Shown: piece after piece, positions 51,450-64,000 of the stretch
Layout of the letters: every line of letters begins with the position of its first letter
How positions within the stretch are numbered: the stretch's first letter is position 1
Assembly (NCBI GenBank): GCA_021432655.1
Contig: MU271309.1
Span: 1 to 64,000 of the forward strand
Origin: Atractiella rhizophila
Taxonomy: Eukaryota
DNA: 64,000 nt
Direction: 5' to 3'
Position numbers and translations under genes: made by a program
The notes under the pieces: generated by a model
The model's input: only the letters and a program-made list of their open reading frames with translations
Told to the model about the DNA's origin: nothing
The model's database searches: none

Positions 51450-53778
51450 TGAGGAGTATTGCCTTACTTGATACTCAGCAGCGACAGCACTTTTTCCATC
51501 CAACAGTGAGTCCGGTGTTCAAATTTACAGATAGTTGAGAGCGGCACTGAGCGGAGTCCCTCTGGAACTGTTTTCTTCAATCCCTCAAAAGTATAATCAC
51601 AGTTTTCAGCTTCATTGTATCAGCCAGGAGCCTCAAGAAGAGGAGCAAACATCTTACCCTAATATATCGTTTCATAGCTCACCAGAAGAATATATCATTT
51701 CATAGCTCACCAGAAGAACACAATGAAGTTCAATTTACTGTGGAACTTCGGCAAGAAAATGGCCTTGTGTCCCTTCCACTCCAAGATCTCTTGTACAAGC
51801 AGCTTCTGTTCCTGAAAATCAGGCTGAGCCGCCAGACACCGCTCTGACTGAAAGTAAGCAAAATACAAGAGGAAACTGAGCTGTCTTACAAGCACAGCAC
51901 TTATGATCATCACCATGATCAGTAACTTTCTTGCACTTTCCTCACAGTCCCGGTAGCCACAGACCAATCTCCTGCAAAACAGGCTTCATTCCTTTTGGTG
52001 TTCCATCAGCATAAGCCATCCGGTGAGCATGTTTCTCCTCCTTCACATCAACCCACCAGCCGTCTCTCAACTTGGCTTGTACACCTCCTGCTCAAAGATT
52101 GGTTGTATCATATACACTGGAGAATAAAGCACATACCTGGTTCATTTGCTTTGTATTGAGAGCATCCTTTGCAAGCGCTCCATGCCCGGTTGAGTTATCG
52201 AACATCACAAGTGCCTGATCACCTAGATGCGACCATTCAAAAACAGGTATAAACTTGGTCTCAACCTTTCCGAGCACTCAGTTAATCACCAAAGTTAAAG
52301 ATAGTAAGACAGACCTGTTCAGCAAGCTTCTCAGCATTCCAGTATCCTTCATGATTTTTCCCATACTCCAATTACTTGCCTGCTTCCTCTAGCCAATCCT
52401 TTGTTGAGCAGATCAGGTCAGATTGATGAAGACCACGACCTAGTCCCTTCTTTCAGAGATTGGATTGTCTGTCTAGCACCCATGAAAAGTGCTTGCCGTC
52501 ATGTACATTTGCAGGTGGGGGACTTGTCATGAGAGACAAGGACAACTCAACAGGTACCTGGAGGAGGAAGATCCATGACAACCTCATTCATCACATTCCC
52601 AACTTCATATTGGCGTAATCGTAGCATGTAACTTTCAAGCTCAGGGATGAAGACTTCCTACCGATACCGGATAACATCCGGTCTATCGTGTCCACTGCAA
52701 AATGTCATCTCAGTTTGCTACAATGCAACTAGTTACTCAAAGTAGAGCCCCTTCTTGTACTTGGTCCACCGGAAACCCTCTTTCCTCAACCATCTCCTTG
52801 CAGTCCCCAGTGATATTCCCTTTGGTCCTGGTTTGAATCCAATTCAGGGAAATAGCGCCAGCTTAAGATAATTCTTCAATCCTTTTGGATCTCTCTTCGA
52901 ATAGTTTGCTTCATGTACTTCTCAAGTGCAAGTGGAACCATCGTGTTAACATGAGACTTGGCAAGATTTGTCGGGTCCATGGACCACTTATTCATTCGGA
53001 ACGAGGCATGAAGGATGCCACAAACTTCAGGATCATGCAGCAGTGAAAACGTCTTTACATGTCTTCCTGTTTTCATCCAATTCCATCCGTGCCTATCACT
53101 GTCATGAAAGAGTACTCACCTCTGTTTGATACTGAGAGGTCATTTATCTCCTCATAGTGAGCAGCCCATAGACGAATACAGCATGACCCCATGTTAGCAA
53201 GAAGTGATGTGGTACTGCTGCAAGTTGCAATGCCTCCAGCTTTCCCCTCGTACCTAACTTCAACAGGTTGTAATAAGTCTCCAGTGCCTGCACCCCTCTG
53301 ACCTTGAAGGTGTGTCACAAATTTATTCTGTTGCAACAGTTGCTTGATCCAAGCAGCCCTCATTCTATACTCTACTTCTTCTGCTGAGTGCTCTCCTCCA
53401 TCATAAAGTGATTCCACTTTGGCAAGGGTGTTCCGATACAGGCTGGGTCTTCTTCTCGGGGTCTTTTGATGTTGCCATATCTAATGAAGAGGTATCTATG
53501 CATGGTGCTGTGGGAGTCCCAGGTGATGCCATGGGACCTAATGGAGAGAATGAGTGGCAGGGACTTGTTAGAGAGGGCATTAGAGGAGGGATGGATGTGA
53601 GGAAGGTGGTATGAGGATGGAGGGGAGCTTCTTCTTCTTCGTCTTCATCATTGGACAGTACTATAATGGTGTTGATTTTCTCTGCTGCTTTGTTAATCTC
53701 AAACAAATGTATTATGTTTGGCTGAGCTCTTGCAAACGCATGAGCAGCGGAGACACAAGAATAGGTGTTTATATACAT
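51450..53778 (-). pseudogene. Tc1/IS630-like (DDE_3-type) fungal transposase, degenerate
   Basis: GISLGTARRWL, GHDRPDVI.YR, YGKNHEGYW, MFDNSTGH and QPDFQEQK..GHKAIFLPKFHSKLNFI. Contains a 28-bp tandem duplication at 51661-51716. Confidence 0.85.
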
Positions 53779-54018
53779 GAGAGCTTATGGCAAATAGAAA
53801 CTTACAGAATGTTCATGAAGAAAGTATTACTAACATTTCACACATCTCCAACAAATGGTGTCTAGCATTGTAGGCGATTGGTCAAGTGGTGTTAAGGAGT
53901 GGTAGGGGCCACCGAGGAAGAGGTTTGAAGATGTTGTCAATGCTTACACATCCACTGGAATTAGAATTAACAAATACCAGAATCAGGGAATGTAAAGACT
54001 TGCCATTGCCATGCCTCA

Positions 54019-55830
54019 TTGTTTCTACGCCACACTGAAGCTGCTGCCTTTGAAGTCACTCCATCCCCATATCCCTATAACCTTGACTTCTATGTTGTGC
54101 CTTTCGAAGTTCCACTTCAAGCCCGTTGGTCGACTTCAGCAGGAGCCAAACTATCGAAGCATCGAGCTGAACAGACTGCTCTCTTGACCAAATCCTACCC
54201 TCCTGGAAGCATGGTTGATGAACTCAATGACATTTACTGTGGCTGTGATTATCTTCAAGCAGTACATGACCTCAAGATTCTTCCAACAGATTGTGTCTTA
54301 GCGCTTTCCCTGGACGGGGCACAAATCTACAACACGAAGAAACCTTCAGACTCTATTTTCATCATTCTTATCGACTATAATTTACCACCAGAGGTCCGCT
54401 ATAAGCAACAATTTGTTATCCCACGGGCCATTATTCCCGGCCCATATCCACCGTGGAATCAAAACTCTTTTCTTCTCCCAATCTTCGATCGCATCATATC
54501 TTTGCATGCAACCGGATTTCCTTTGTTTGATGGCGACCGTGAACACTGGTTTCGATCTCGGCCCTTTGTAGCATTTGGCCTTTTCGATACTCTCTGCCAA
54601 ACTGCTGTTGCTGCTGAAGTTGGGCATAATGGGTGAATGGGCTGCCATATTAATGGATGTACATTGATAGTTGCGCATCAACCTGGTGCTCCGACCTACT
54701 ACTTTCCTCTCACATGCCCCAATGATTATTTTGAGCCATTATCCATGCAGCCGAACTACGATCCTTACAACCTTCCCACGGAGACTCCGGATCAATAACA
54801 TGCCCAGGTTGCAGCCATTCTACAAGCGAAAGCAAACAATCAACCAACTCTTCAGAAGCGCCTTCAAAGAGAGTATGGTATTGTTGGAGAAAGTCTATTC
54901 TCCCAAATCGAAACTCTGGGAGGTGGCCCGCCTTTTTGTTTTGTTATTGATGGGATGCACCACTCTAATTTCAACTTCACAGAGTTGATGGTTGGGTTGT
55001 GGAGAGGCATCATACGGCCCACTGACAAGAAGACTAAGAAAACAAGGAGTTATGGCCTGGGGAAGGGAAGACCAATGCTGAGGCTTAGGAAATCCCTGCT
55101 ACAGATCAACTCCCTTGGGAAACACTTCTGGGAGCTCACTGGCAACAGCATGGGGTCGAAGTCGCGAACACTCGATGTTTTTTGCCCAGTTTCTGGGATA
55201 AATTTTGTCGCAACATTGACATCAAGTATTCTGGCTATCGGGCGAAAGAGTAGGAAACCTACTTCTATGGTTTAGGTCCTGGTCTCCTACAAAGCCATCT
55301 TCCATCTACCTACTTTCAATATTACCTGAAGATCGTCTACTGCATGCAGGCTTTACGTCAATGAAGCATCTCTCAAGATTTGCTCAACTTGATCGAGAAG
55401 CTGATAATCGAATTTGTCCTTGAATTCGAAGATATTTACTATCAGAACGACATTAAAAGGCTTCATTTTTGCCAACCTTCACTGCACAAGTTGCTCCATC
55501 TTTGTGAACAAACATGACATGTAGGGCCTTTTATTTACATTACTCATTGGGCTTCTCGGATCTCGAATACGCCAACATTCAAGACCTTATGAGAATCTGG
55601 CACAGGAAACCATGCGACAAGCTCAATGCCAGGCGGTATGCTCCATCGACCCAACTCTTATTCTCCCTCAAACACAGCGGCCGCCACCACGAGGTGCCTT
55701 GCCCTTAGGAAACTCTTTCAGTTTTCTACGCGCTCGAGAGGCTGATGTGCAGCTACTTCTTTCCACTGAGCGTTCTGCAGTTGAAGCCTATCTATCATGA
55801 TTGGTTCATTGTGGAAAGATTGGGTGGTTT
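54019..55830 (+). pseudogene. Second EnSpm/CACTA Tnp2-like transposase, degenerate paralog of 18980-22120
   Basis: VPFEVPLQARWST, LSLDGAQIY..KKPSD..YNLPPEVRY, DGMHH and LHKLLH. An internal deletion jumps to DWFIVERLG. Multiple stops. Confidence 0.9.
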
Positions 55831-56979
55831 GGGGATTGAAACAGATTGAGATACATGTCAACAATCTAGAACTAGGGAATACAACTGTTTCAACCCGTAC
55901 TGATGCCCTCCAGACTCCATTTCTTTGCTAAGACGAACTGGCTGCACCTGATTGTATGAATGATTCGGAACTCAAAGCTCATCAGCTTCACAGTCATGCT
56001 GGCTGGTTTCTTCGGAGGAGAGCTTAAGGCGTGACGGTGGGTAGGTGCTGGTGGTAATGTGGCCGAATGGCAGCGGGATATGCATGCATGGTGTCGAATC
56101 GATGATGGCTGACACACACATTAGTAGAATACTGATGGTAGAAAGACCTTTCTCTCTTCTACGACAGCTAGTCAGCAATGCGGCGAATAGGCGAAGTAGA
56201 ACTCACCCCGAAAGATATCTCAGGTACCATCTCAGTCCCTCTGCATCTCGAGCGGGTCAACAGAGGTATTGGAGGATATGAATGGTGATGAGATGTGGGG
56301 TTGAGGAGGTCGTTTGGCAAGGAGGATGTCATGGTGTGGAGATGCCAGGTTTCAGGTCGGCTGGTTTAGCCATGGGTATCATGGATTGCTTCCACCAGCA
56401 TCATACCTGTCAGGTGCATTCATTCATATCAATGATACAAGGAAATAGAAAGTAAGGAACTGACAAGTCAAGCATGTGCCTACCGCTCTACCTGTTTACC
56501 GACATGACCGTCCTTCGACGAGGGACATTCTGTGATGCTGTGATGAGGTGAGGGATAGCTGCAACAACAGGGTGACGAGAGATGAACAGATAGATCGTGT
56601 GAGAAGACCAAGGGAAGACTCACGCTTGTTGGGGACAAAGAAGATCGCTCACTCATGCCTTTACGCAAGGGTTCCAGGATATCTTCCTGACCCACAAGCC
56701 TGCTCAGGTCAGGACGAGGACAGATGGAACTAGCTAAATCACTCACAATGGAAGGAACAAGCCTAAGCATACAATCTTGTCTAAGACATCCATTCCGCCT
56801 ATGCCAGAAGACAAGCTAGCCCAAACTGGCGAGCTGGAAAGAAAAAGTGTTGCCATGCAAGTCCCAGTCTGCATTGGAATGCTGCCTCTCAAGCTGCTTC
56901 AGTGAGTACCTGTACTTGACCACAGAAATGCTCACCACGTCGGGTCGATCTCAGCACGCCTAGCGAATGAGAACGAAAT

Positions 56980-57150
56980 AGTCCCAAAAGTCCCATTCCG
57001 CTCCAAATCCTGTCCCAAATCTCACAATCAGTCGTTGTTGTTTGCCCAGCCACTCAGCTAGTTCACTTGCAAGCGCGGCTTCCCACTTTCCCCTAATCCT
57101 GCCAGAACCATCCCAAAATGTCCCAAACTCCAAACCAAACTTGACAGGGC
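56980..57150. repeat. Right terminus of the second EnSpm-like element
   Basis: CCCAAA-rich subterminal repeats end in TTGACAGGGC (57141-57150), identical to the last 10 nt of the element ending at 22617. Confidence 0.7.
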
Positions 57151-57818
57151 ATGAGCGCTCCAATCGCAAAGTTTGGAGCAACCAACCTCCAATCAGCCAG
57201 CTGGCCTTCCATCAAACCCTTATTCCTCGTGCATGCCAGTCTTTCCCTCGTTCATTTTCCTCTATCCGATCCTGGCGAGAAGCTAAATAGCAAGGATTCT
57301 TCAACAGAGCCAAACTCATCGTCAGCATATTCCATCTCTCCAATACACATCATTTATTTCGAACCCTTCTACTATTCCTGTGTATATATCCAGCTGTACC
57401 ATCGCATCTTCTTACCTTGCTTCCGCCCCATATTTCCTCTTTTTTTCAGGACATGGGAGAGCACAGTGCACGATGGAGATATTGATTGTGGAAGCTTAGC
57501 ATTTCATCTTTCACGCAACACAAAACACGACGGCGCACTTATTAACCTCGCCTTCGCCTATTAGTAACAACCTACTTTTCGACTCCAACCAGCGACGCGG
57601 CCTTCTGCGGGCTTCTGTCTCACTGTCATACTTCACTCAATTTCACCGCCTTCTCTCTTTCCTCAACCTTGGACAATGCCTCCTTTTCTCGGTTCGACAA
57701 ATTGACTATCAGCTCTACTCCGCAAACCAACCGACAATTTCATTAATCAAAACAATCCATGGATCTTTAGAACTCGTTCACGATGATGAGAAGGAAGAGA
57801 GACCATCCGAGTGTCGAA

Positions 57819-60800
57819 AAAGGCTCCCATTGCCCGTGGCCCGTACGGGGAAACCCGTGCGGGGTTGAGGTTTAAAAAGTCAACCCATCCCCTTCCCTCC
57901 CCCGTAAGCACTCCCCGTGACGGGGAAGGCGAAGGGGACCCAGCGGGGAAACAGCTCTCGGGTACCCCGAGGGATCAGACCAATGAGATAATGGATAATA
58001 ATTGTACGCAAAATAATCAGCACCAGACATGAGATTGACGGTTAGTTATGTCTTCAATTGCCGTCCCTCTGTTATCTCTTTTCCCGATTCTGCTCCAACC
58101 TATCCACCCTCTCCTCCTTTAACATTTGAACCATTTCCTTAAATGGTGGGAGCACTTTAGCTTCATCCCAAAGACGGAGCATCATTTGAGAGCGAAAGGT
58201 CACATCTGACATGGAGAGCTGCAAATAAGATATAATCTGGCGTCCATCTGAGAACTCGCATTCAACATCGGTGGAGGTTGCTAAGAGATATGTTAGAAGG
58301 AAGGACAATTGGCTGAATCACTTACATGGGACAGCAGATATGTCCATGCACATTTGATGGAAGCTTTTCAGGACCGGTTCTGAGCATGCGTCCCACTTGT
58401 TATAATGGTACTGAAGTGGGTCAATTTGCACTAAGTTTACGACCTCGACATCCTCCTTCTTCTCACAAACCCACATAGAATCTGCCGGTGCTTCAACAAA
58501 CTCCTTCGCACGGTTAGCCTCATCATCTGCTCTCCGAGGATTTTGAAAGCTGGCAATTAATTGTGGATCATATTCCGCAAGGGATAAGTTGGCCTTCATT
58601 GACAAAATAAGAGCCAATGAGAAAATGGCAGTCAATTAGAAAAGTGGACGAACTCGCTGGAGTGCAAGCTCAATCCCCATTGGGGTCACGGTGCATATAT
58701 TCTTTGGTTTGTAGAACTCTTCCCAGAATTTGACCAACCTGTCCATCGGAGGCTTGATATCCACTTCTTCATCCCATCCAAGGCAACACAGATACTCAAT
58801 TCGTCGCTGAGGGTGAACAGCTGATATCAATACACTCAGCATTCTGGAAAGGGAGCGAGAAGACTTAGAATGAAAGTTTTACCTATAGCCCAATGATAAA
58901 TGTCTGATTTGTCTGCACATTTCGTGTAGTACTTATCTAGCACTTTGTATGCCAACTCTGCACCAGCTTGAATCGACTTGTGTACCTTTGGTCTGGTGCC
59001 ATCTGCTTTTGGCTCGTACAAAGTCGAAAGATGTTGGCCAAGGTTATTGAAAAGGACGATGATTTCTCCTAAATGTGAGAGGTTAGCCTTCGACTGTTGA
59101 AGAGTGATGGTCTTTGCCAACTACGGAACGAATCAATGAGAACAGCTGTGGGAACAAGAGAGAAACCTACATTCAAGGTCGGTTTCATCTCTTTAAGGAT
59201 TGTCCATTCCGCCACAGTCAGCCGACATTTTTCCAAACCATTTAACGGAACTGCTATTAGCTGAGTGATGCCTGGCTCCAAGAGTAGAGCTCATTCAATC
59301 ATATCACCTTTACCATTCCATCGAGTCGGACAATGCCGAATAAGCTTCAGTTCAGGATCAACATCTTTGAGAGGGCCGTCTGGGTCTTGTTCTTGTTGTC
59401 GCTTTACCGCTGACAGCTCAGCTCCCAAATGTTCGGATGAGTCTCGTACACGTCTTGCAAGAGCTGTAAGCTGTTTTCTTCTTGTAAACAAGCAAAATGT
59501 GTCGAAAAAAAGTGGAACAAACCTTAGTAATTGTAAAGCGAGCTGTCTTCAACTCCTTGTCCATCGGCTTGATCTTCACTTGTTGCTGTTCTTCAGCTTC
59601 TTGAAGAATCATTGCTTCATCTGTCTCCTGAGCATCTTTGTCTATGGATGAGCCAGTACCGTAAGTGGCAGAAGGCAAACAAGGGTAAGAGTTACCTCGT
59701 TTTGCCAACTCGTCTCGGAAGGCAATGTCAATCTCTTCTTCCAGCTCGGCAAGAGCCACATCAAAATCTGGCTCTCTAACATTCAGAGCCCACACATTTG
59801 TTGCTTTCTTGGTAACTGGCTTTTCAAACCGGGAGAAGAATGCCTGCGAAAGGTATTATGGTTACATCATGTTACAAAACACAAGGGGTCATGAACAATG
59901 TGTACCTTCATTACAAGATTGAGGATGTGGTTGAAACACCACACCCTTGTTTGAGTGCCGCGGAATGCATGCATGCCACTATAATCCTGGAGGCAATCAA
60001 CAAATGTATCGTTGTTGGATGCATTGTCACTGATTGCAGCAAAGACCTAAACGTAATATCAGCGGATGAAAGGAAAATAGAATAACATTACCTTTGATTG
60101 GAGGCCAAACTCAACCAAAAGCTCAAATACTGCTGCAGCCATGTTGAATCCTGTATGGGACTCCTTCATTCTATTCCATGGATAGGAGGATAAGTAAATA
60201 AACTGAAAATAAAGGAAACGAAATATGTGGACCTGATGAAACCCAGCCCGATCTGCTTCATGTTCCCGCCATCATGATAGTGGAATATGACCGCAATGTA
60301 GCTAAAGCTATGAGGAGAGGTCCAGCCATTGAGTGAAATCGAACCGTACTTGCAGCACTGGAGTGTCTATGTAGATACATCACAGTGGTCAGTACATTAC
60401 AATGAAGGCAAAAAAAGAAATAGCAGACCGCAAGATTTCGCTTGATGTGGGCCTTCATGCATTCATGCAATGTTTTAGCATCTGCTGAGATTTGCTGAGG
60501 ATTGGGATTGTGAGTACTGCTGACCCGGTGGACGCTGTGTAAGAGCCGGGTGAAGTATTTGTCACGGGTGATCTCGAAAGGTCTGCTGGCTGTAGCGGTC
60601 CAGAGTGCGCAATAGACCCTGATGACATACAGCTTGTCAGCGGTAGAGAAGTTGTCAGCTGTTATCACATTGCCGCTGTCATCCGAGGCAAGAGTCGACT
60701 GCTTGTTTGTCTGAGCTTTCTAGAAAGACATCAGTTCAATCACTATCACAAATCTATGAGTGACAAACCATGCATTTGTCAACTTCTTTCGTCATGTCTT

Positions 60801-61549
60801 TTGTACTGGTATCATCTCGAAAGCGTGAAAAGCTATGCTGAGGGTCTTGACAGCAAGTCCAGGGTGGATCCCCGGCTCTTCCGCCTTTGAAATCTCTTTC
60901 AAAGGTGGTGCGCTCAAGGATAGGTCAAGTCTTGAAGTGCCTGTAACATTCGGCGGTCCAGCGTGCGACATCAAGATCTTCACACAAGCGCCCATTAAGA
61001 TATACTTGGTGCATTCAAACAAAGAAACGGCACACCTATTAGGTCATTGTCTGTCCACTTCTGCTCAGCAGCATAATCAAGAACAGCTTTCGTATCATTA
61101 ATGCTTGTTCGCTTCGGCAGCTTCTTTGAAGGTTTTGCTTTCTTCCCCTCACTATCCGTTTCGTGGAATCTTTTTTGGGAAGGGGTGGGAGAAGTGGTCA
61201 GATCAATAGTGGAGGTGGAGGTGGAGAGATTCCCTGGAGAAGAAGGATAGGTGGATGCGATGACAGAACGCAAGTCTGAAAAAATTGAGGGTTTACTGTG
61301 GCAGCTGTTCCTCAGGCTGTTCCTCCTTTCCTGCTCCTACGCACCATGCGTCACATCGGATTGAACCACGCACTGAACCATGCGGAGATCCACATCCACA
61401 AAAGAATTTTTTGAGAAATCCTCACCTCATCCCCGTACCCGCACCCGGTACTGGCGGTCCCCGTGACCCCACGGGTAAACCCCGTAAGGGGAAGGGGAAG
61501 GGATGGGCCAGAGGGATCCCGCGAGTTGTCAGCCCGTGTAGGAGCCTTA
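57819..61549 (-). mobile_element. hAT transposon, near full length, degenerate (transposase ~58072-61273)
   Basis: ASRPFE, CFNHILNL, CPTRWNGKG, LDKYY and ATSTDVECEFS. CCCGT-rich ends with a short AAGGCTCC/GGAGCCTT inverted match; no TSD seen. Confidence 0.88.
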
Positions 61550-62369
61550 GGAAAACACTGTACTTCGCCAGGTCTCCATTCTCTCGTTCCTGATCGCACT
61601 CCATCGATTCACTCTCCGCAACACTTTTTGTTCCCTATTCGATCACTGGGTGAAAACCTATCCCTGAATCTATCGTATTTTTCACTTAAACGGCTCCAAT
61701 TGAAAAGCCCAGCCAGTGCATGACCTTTACATCACCGTTAACTCAGATATGCACGAAACATTTGGAGGTTGTGTGTCCGATCGGAGCTTCGCAGGGATAT
61801 TATTCACTCTTTCAGGCTGCACACTGGATCTTCACAACCTATTTTCCTACCGACTTCGCTCGAATGGAAAACTTGCAATCATTTAATTTTGAGGTTACAC
61901 AGCGTTGCATAACATTTCTGACATTCAAGCATAAGGAGACAGCATGAATGGTCTGCCCTACTCTCCCACAGAACCCTAACCACTCAAGTTCCTCGCCTCT
62001 TTCCTTTCGTCGAGACTTCAATTGGCAGCTTGATTGAGTCCATTGAATGCACAGAGCCGAAAAAAAATGAGGGGTAAATGAGATTTAAAAGCACCATGCC
62101 ATCCCCAAACACTCTGTAAGACCTGTCGGATCCAGCAAAGTGAAGAAACAATATTGAGGTGCCAGCGACATAGCCCAGACCCCACAGGGTTAAATAAAAG
62201 TCTCGTCGTGTGTGAGTCATGCCTTTTGAGGTCAGACCGACCGTCGATCATCGATCACAAGTGAATGTGACGTGGACGATAGATTCTAGTAGGACAGCAA
62301 TGCTATTAACTGAATGACTGATTGTAATTAAACAACTGAAGGGGAGTGGAGGTAGCTTTGAATAGAGGG

Positions 62370-63433
62370 TAGGGATGCACAACGGGGCGTGACGGGTCCG
62401 GAACCCGTACTTCGTTCCCATCTTTTTTGGCGTGCGTGGAGCTCACTAAACACGTCTCGAACCGCACGCATTTTTGACGGGAACACGTGCGGCAGACATG
62501 AAGAAGTGTTCCCGTCTTCGTACGCCAACACATCTCCTAACGTGGCTCCAGATTTCTATAGCTGTGCAATTTATGTAGCATCTTTTAGTCAACCAGGCCA
62601 GGTAGGCTGGCTCATCAAGAACAAAGTGTCGATAGAAGGCAGCAAACCATCTTCCTCCAACAACTCTTGTTCTTCCTCACCATCGCAGCTTGACAGTACA
62701 AAACGGTGGCAACACTCTCGTATTCAGCAAAACTTACGCAGAAGGCTAATCAGCATATGAAGGCGTTTCAAGAAGATGAGGACTTGCAACCAAATATCTG
62801 ATTTAGTCTCCCTCCGCTGGTCTGGATGGAGGATCCTCTGGAATCTATCGTACAAGGTTGAAAACGGATTTGAAGGAGTGGTCTCAAATGGCAAGGGATA
62901 TTCTGTCCATTCATGGTTTGGGTTTCCTTCATTCGTCTTCTTATTCAATTCTGAGGCTGATTATTCATTTTTAGGCTGTTCGGTAGCTGTGGAATGCATC
63001 TTCAGCGGAGCATGAGATATGACAGGGATCTGCCGCACACGCCTCAAGTCCAAGACTGTTCAGTCTCTCATGGTTCTTAAGGCTCAGCTATGATTGGAGA
63101 GAGATCCAAAGGCAAAGAAACTAAAGGCAGGCCTGGCTGCCATTGCGAAAGGAGCTTCAAGTTGACAGGTTGAAAAGTTCTTTATACATACATTCACATC
63201 TTGACTTCTCAGCTTCACTCAATGTGCTTTATTTTACATTATCTAGCCTAGTAATGTCAACATTGCATGTTATTACATGACGTGAGGCGTGTGCCGGCTA
63301 CAAACCCGTTACCGCCACCTTTGACGTACGACTCAGCAAATGGAACACGTCTCGCCGTACCCACCCGCATTCACTTGACATGACGAAGCTCACGTTGCCA
63401 CCTACACACGCCATGCCACGTTGTGCATCCCTA
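62370..63433 (+). mobile_element. Non-autonomous hAT derivative (1064 bp)
   Basis: TIR TAGGGATGCACAACG (62370-62384 / 63419-63433) and perfect 8-bp TSD ATAGAGGG (62362-62369 / 63434-63441). It retains a dimerisation-domain remnant, GCSVAVECIFSGA*D. Confidence 0.95.
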
Positions 63434-64000
63434 ATAGAGGGTGCCAACATGGCATACTTGTCCGTGGGACTATTCATGATCCTGGAGGAGGAAGCGGCGA
63501 AACCGTTGGATAAGTGAATCAGAATAATGCCTCTGAAAATGTGGTCAAGAAAAATTGTTTTCATAACGGTCTATCCATGCATCTGTATTAATGACCGCTC
63601 GTCCCTACCCAAGAATGGACAGGAGTTGGCGCACCTTCCGCCCCAATTTGATTGCATGGTCCATAGTCACCGCCTCCCTTCCTCTGGCTCGCTCATTCTG
63701 TTCCTGACAACCTGCCGAATGTTTCCTCTTCCCCCCTCTCATTCGTCAGCTTCTCTTCTTCGAAGACACACCATCCCCATCCCCAGTTGTCCCATCATTC
63801 TCGTCGACTCCTCATCGCTCCCCCATCTGCATATCGTCCAGTAAAGCTCCTTATTCTTCCGGTTAGGAAAGAAGGGACTCCTGAATTGTGGCGCACGCGG
63901 TTTCCGGTGTATTGTATTGTATTGGAGGGAGAGAGGCATGTCCTTCTCGATGAAAAGTAACGCTGATGAGCAACCATCGTCGATGGTTGTCTCAGGCGTT

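Noticed and set aside
56904..56917. GTACCTGTACTTG, an inverted match to ~732-744
   Set aside because: Only ~13 bp, 56 kb apart, with no terminal TAGG complement or TSD; chance is likely.
57811..61557. TSD for the third large hAT
   Set aside because: The flanking 8-mers do not match and the left TIR is degenerate.

Overview
Eukaryotic, intron-rich fungal DNA (gene structure and element families point to a basidiomycete; inference). The window is almost entirely a nest of DNA transposons around one intact housekeeping gene, a divergent beta-tubulin (37345-39250). Recognisable elements: a pogo/Fot1 transposase, at least seven hAT copies or fragments (two with perfect TIRs and 8-bp TSDs), two Helitron fragments, two EnSpm/CACTA-like (Transposase_21-type) copies sharing a GCCCTGTCAA terminus, two pieces of a Plavaka/CACTA-like 'DDxSG..SKKWNKH' transposase, and a Tc1/IS630-like transposase. 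There is also a decayed RIM15-type kinase copy and a C2H2 zinc-finger gene. The most interesting structure appears once two nested insertions (15531-22617 and 26248-30522) are removed. What remains is an ~8-kb unit (~15297-34760) bounded by an imperfect inverted repeat. It carries a TET/JBP-like 2OG-Fe(II) dioxygenase convergent with a Mutator-like, non-KDZ DDE transposase, plus a third Cys/His-rich ORF. This is a candidate DNA-demethylase-carrying transposon. Family assignments come from motif recognition only, and exon boundaries of degenerate genes are approximate.
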